Assembly (NCBI GenBank): GCA_030265395.1
Contig: JARFYF010000094.1
Coordinates: 92,328,721-92,392,720, forward strand
Source of the DNA: Rhina ancylostomus
Taxonomy: Eukaryota
Direction of reading: 5' to 3'
Length of the DNA: 64,000 nucleotides
The position numbers and the translations under genes are program-made. Under the pieces are notes generated by a model, which saw only the letters and a program-made list of their open reading frames with translations, ran no database searches and was not told the DNA's origin. Shown in pieces: positions 62,869-64,000 of the stretch; positions within the stretch are counted from its first letter, which is position 1, and each line of letters starts with the position of its first letter.

Positions 62869-62993
62869 TCAATTTATCAAGTCATGATTGAGTTTGTGGA
62901 TCAGAGATAATGTAAATTTTTGCCTCAAGGGTGAGACTATAAGCAACTGGATTCCATCAGTTTTTGTGTACTTAACAAAGTAAACACTTTTTC
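62869..62993 (-). pseudogene. Exon-like segment resembling the RGS22 N-terminal motif
   Basis: Strong acceptor ttataatttacttactatag; KSVYFVKYTKTDGIQLLIVSPLRQKFTLS recalls RGS22 YNIMCLSREEGIKWIKKERLPAFLES; donor not identified. Confidence 0.45.
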
Positions 62994-64000
62994 CTATAGT
63001 AAGTAAATTATAAAATTTACTGTTGGAAATATCAGCATTGGTGGTTGCACAATTGTATGGTATTCCCCTATCCACTATTTTAACAGAGATATTTAAAAAC
63101 CCAGGGCAATGTTCCTATTAAAATCACAGAAAAGGAACACAATTAACACACATTAATTGCATCATTGTCAACAATCTTCTATCTTTCATTGTTTATGTCT
63201 GGGCAGAATATACAATAGATCTTAAATTGCACCAGGAATGTGCTCAAGAATGCATGAGCTAAAATGCTGTTCAATTTAACACAATATTTCATTTGCATAA
63301 TTTTAAAGGTAAAGTCCATGGAGTTATACAACATGGAAGCAGGCCCTTCAGTGCAAAGACTCCGCAGTGATAGTCAAGACCTTATTATAGTCCTTTACAT
63401 TAAACCTATACTCATCCTGTTTCATTTCCCCCCAATATTACGGTCAGCTTCTCAATATACTGGATATATCTATACCACTTGTAGTAATGCAGTAAAAATT
63501 GGCTTTATCACAAAGAAAACATTTTTAATATGGATATGCAATCCACTGCCTATATAAATCATATTTAAAATCACAAAGGATAATTAAAAACAACCTAACA
63601 ATTTAAGAAAGTTCATTGGTGCACAGCAGTCACTTTCTTAGTGAATTAAATCTTAGGCTAAGGCTTATAAAATACAACTGTACCTACTTATAGCCATGTG
63701 TTAAGAAATAAAAAAGTGTTCAAACAACTTCCCAAACTAGCTGAATACCCAAATTTAACTTCTTGTCATGGGAAGGGTTTGACAAGTCCATTTGAATGCA
63801 GAGCCAATGTAGAAGATCACAGCAAACACAAACTGGAAAGGTTTTTTATTTTATAATTAATTTCTTTCAAAAATCCCATATTCTGTGACCTTTGCTCTTA
63901 GCTGGATTGTTCTTCCTGAACTGTGCTGATATAACAAGGGGAAACATAGCCTGGGAAACTTGGCTTCAGGAATTGGCAAAACAGTAGACAACCACAACTT

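Larger units (their letters stand above)
421..62993 (-). pseudogene. Putative unprocessed pseudogene of a large multi-RGS-domain RGS22/RGSL1-like gene (probably extends beyond the window)
   Basis: About 20 minus-strand exon-like segments, many with AG/GT boundaries. Translations resemble RGS22/RGSL1 motifs in colinear order (KTDGIQLL, LVTWLL..FF, IQEFRCCLK, RLNVYCPPSCVT, IYTLY, LWQSVEK, GYQLPNIF) and contain multiple in-frame stops/frameshifts. Family call is by eye from recalled sequences. Confidence 0.55.

Noticed and set aside
421-62993. Calling the locus an intact RGS22 or RGSL1 gene
   Set aside because: Similarity is only motif-level, there are numerous stops and frameshifts, and the architecture seems longer than either gene, so no gene symbol is assigned
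1-64000. Prokaryotic-type systems (CRISPR arrays, operons, defence islands)
   Set aside because: Vertebrate repeat-rich DNA with no long ORFs and no regularly spaced repeat-spacer arrays

Overview
Vertebrate nuclear DNA (AT-rich, several N gaps), not prokaryotic. The repeat content points to a cartilaginous fish, probably a batoid: CR1/L2/RTE/Rex-Babar LINE fragments, a young tRNA-SINE, HE1-like and SacSINE1/Deu-like SINEs, Penelope-derived short repeats and decayed Harbinger transposase. No intact protein-coding gene can be supported, and most ORFs in the track are spurious or TE-derived. The main unexplained signal is a chain of about 20 exon-like segments on the minus strand from ~63.0 kb to ~0.4 kb, many bounded by canonical AG/GT sites. 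Their translations recall, in colinear order, motifs of the multi-RGS-domain RGS22/RGSL1 family, but many carry in-frame stops or frameshifts. I infer a large, decayed, unprocessed RGS22/RGSL1-like pseudogene. The family call rests on by-eye comparison with recalled human sequences and needs alignment confirmation. Secondary observations: hammerhead-ribozyme cores in Penelope-derived repeats, a Rex-Babar LINE nested in a CR1, a 3' tail shared by the young SINE and that LINE, and direct repeats flanking assembly gaps.
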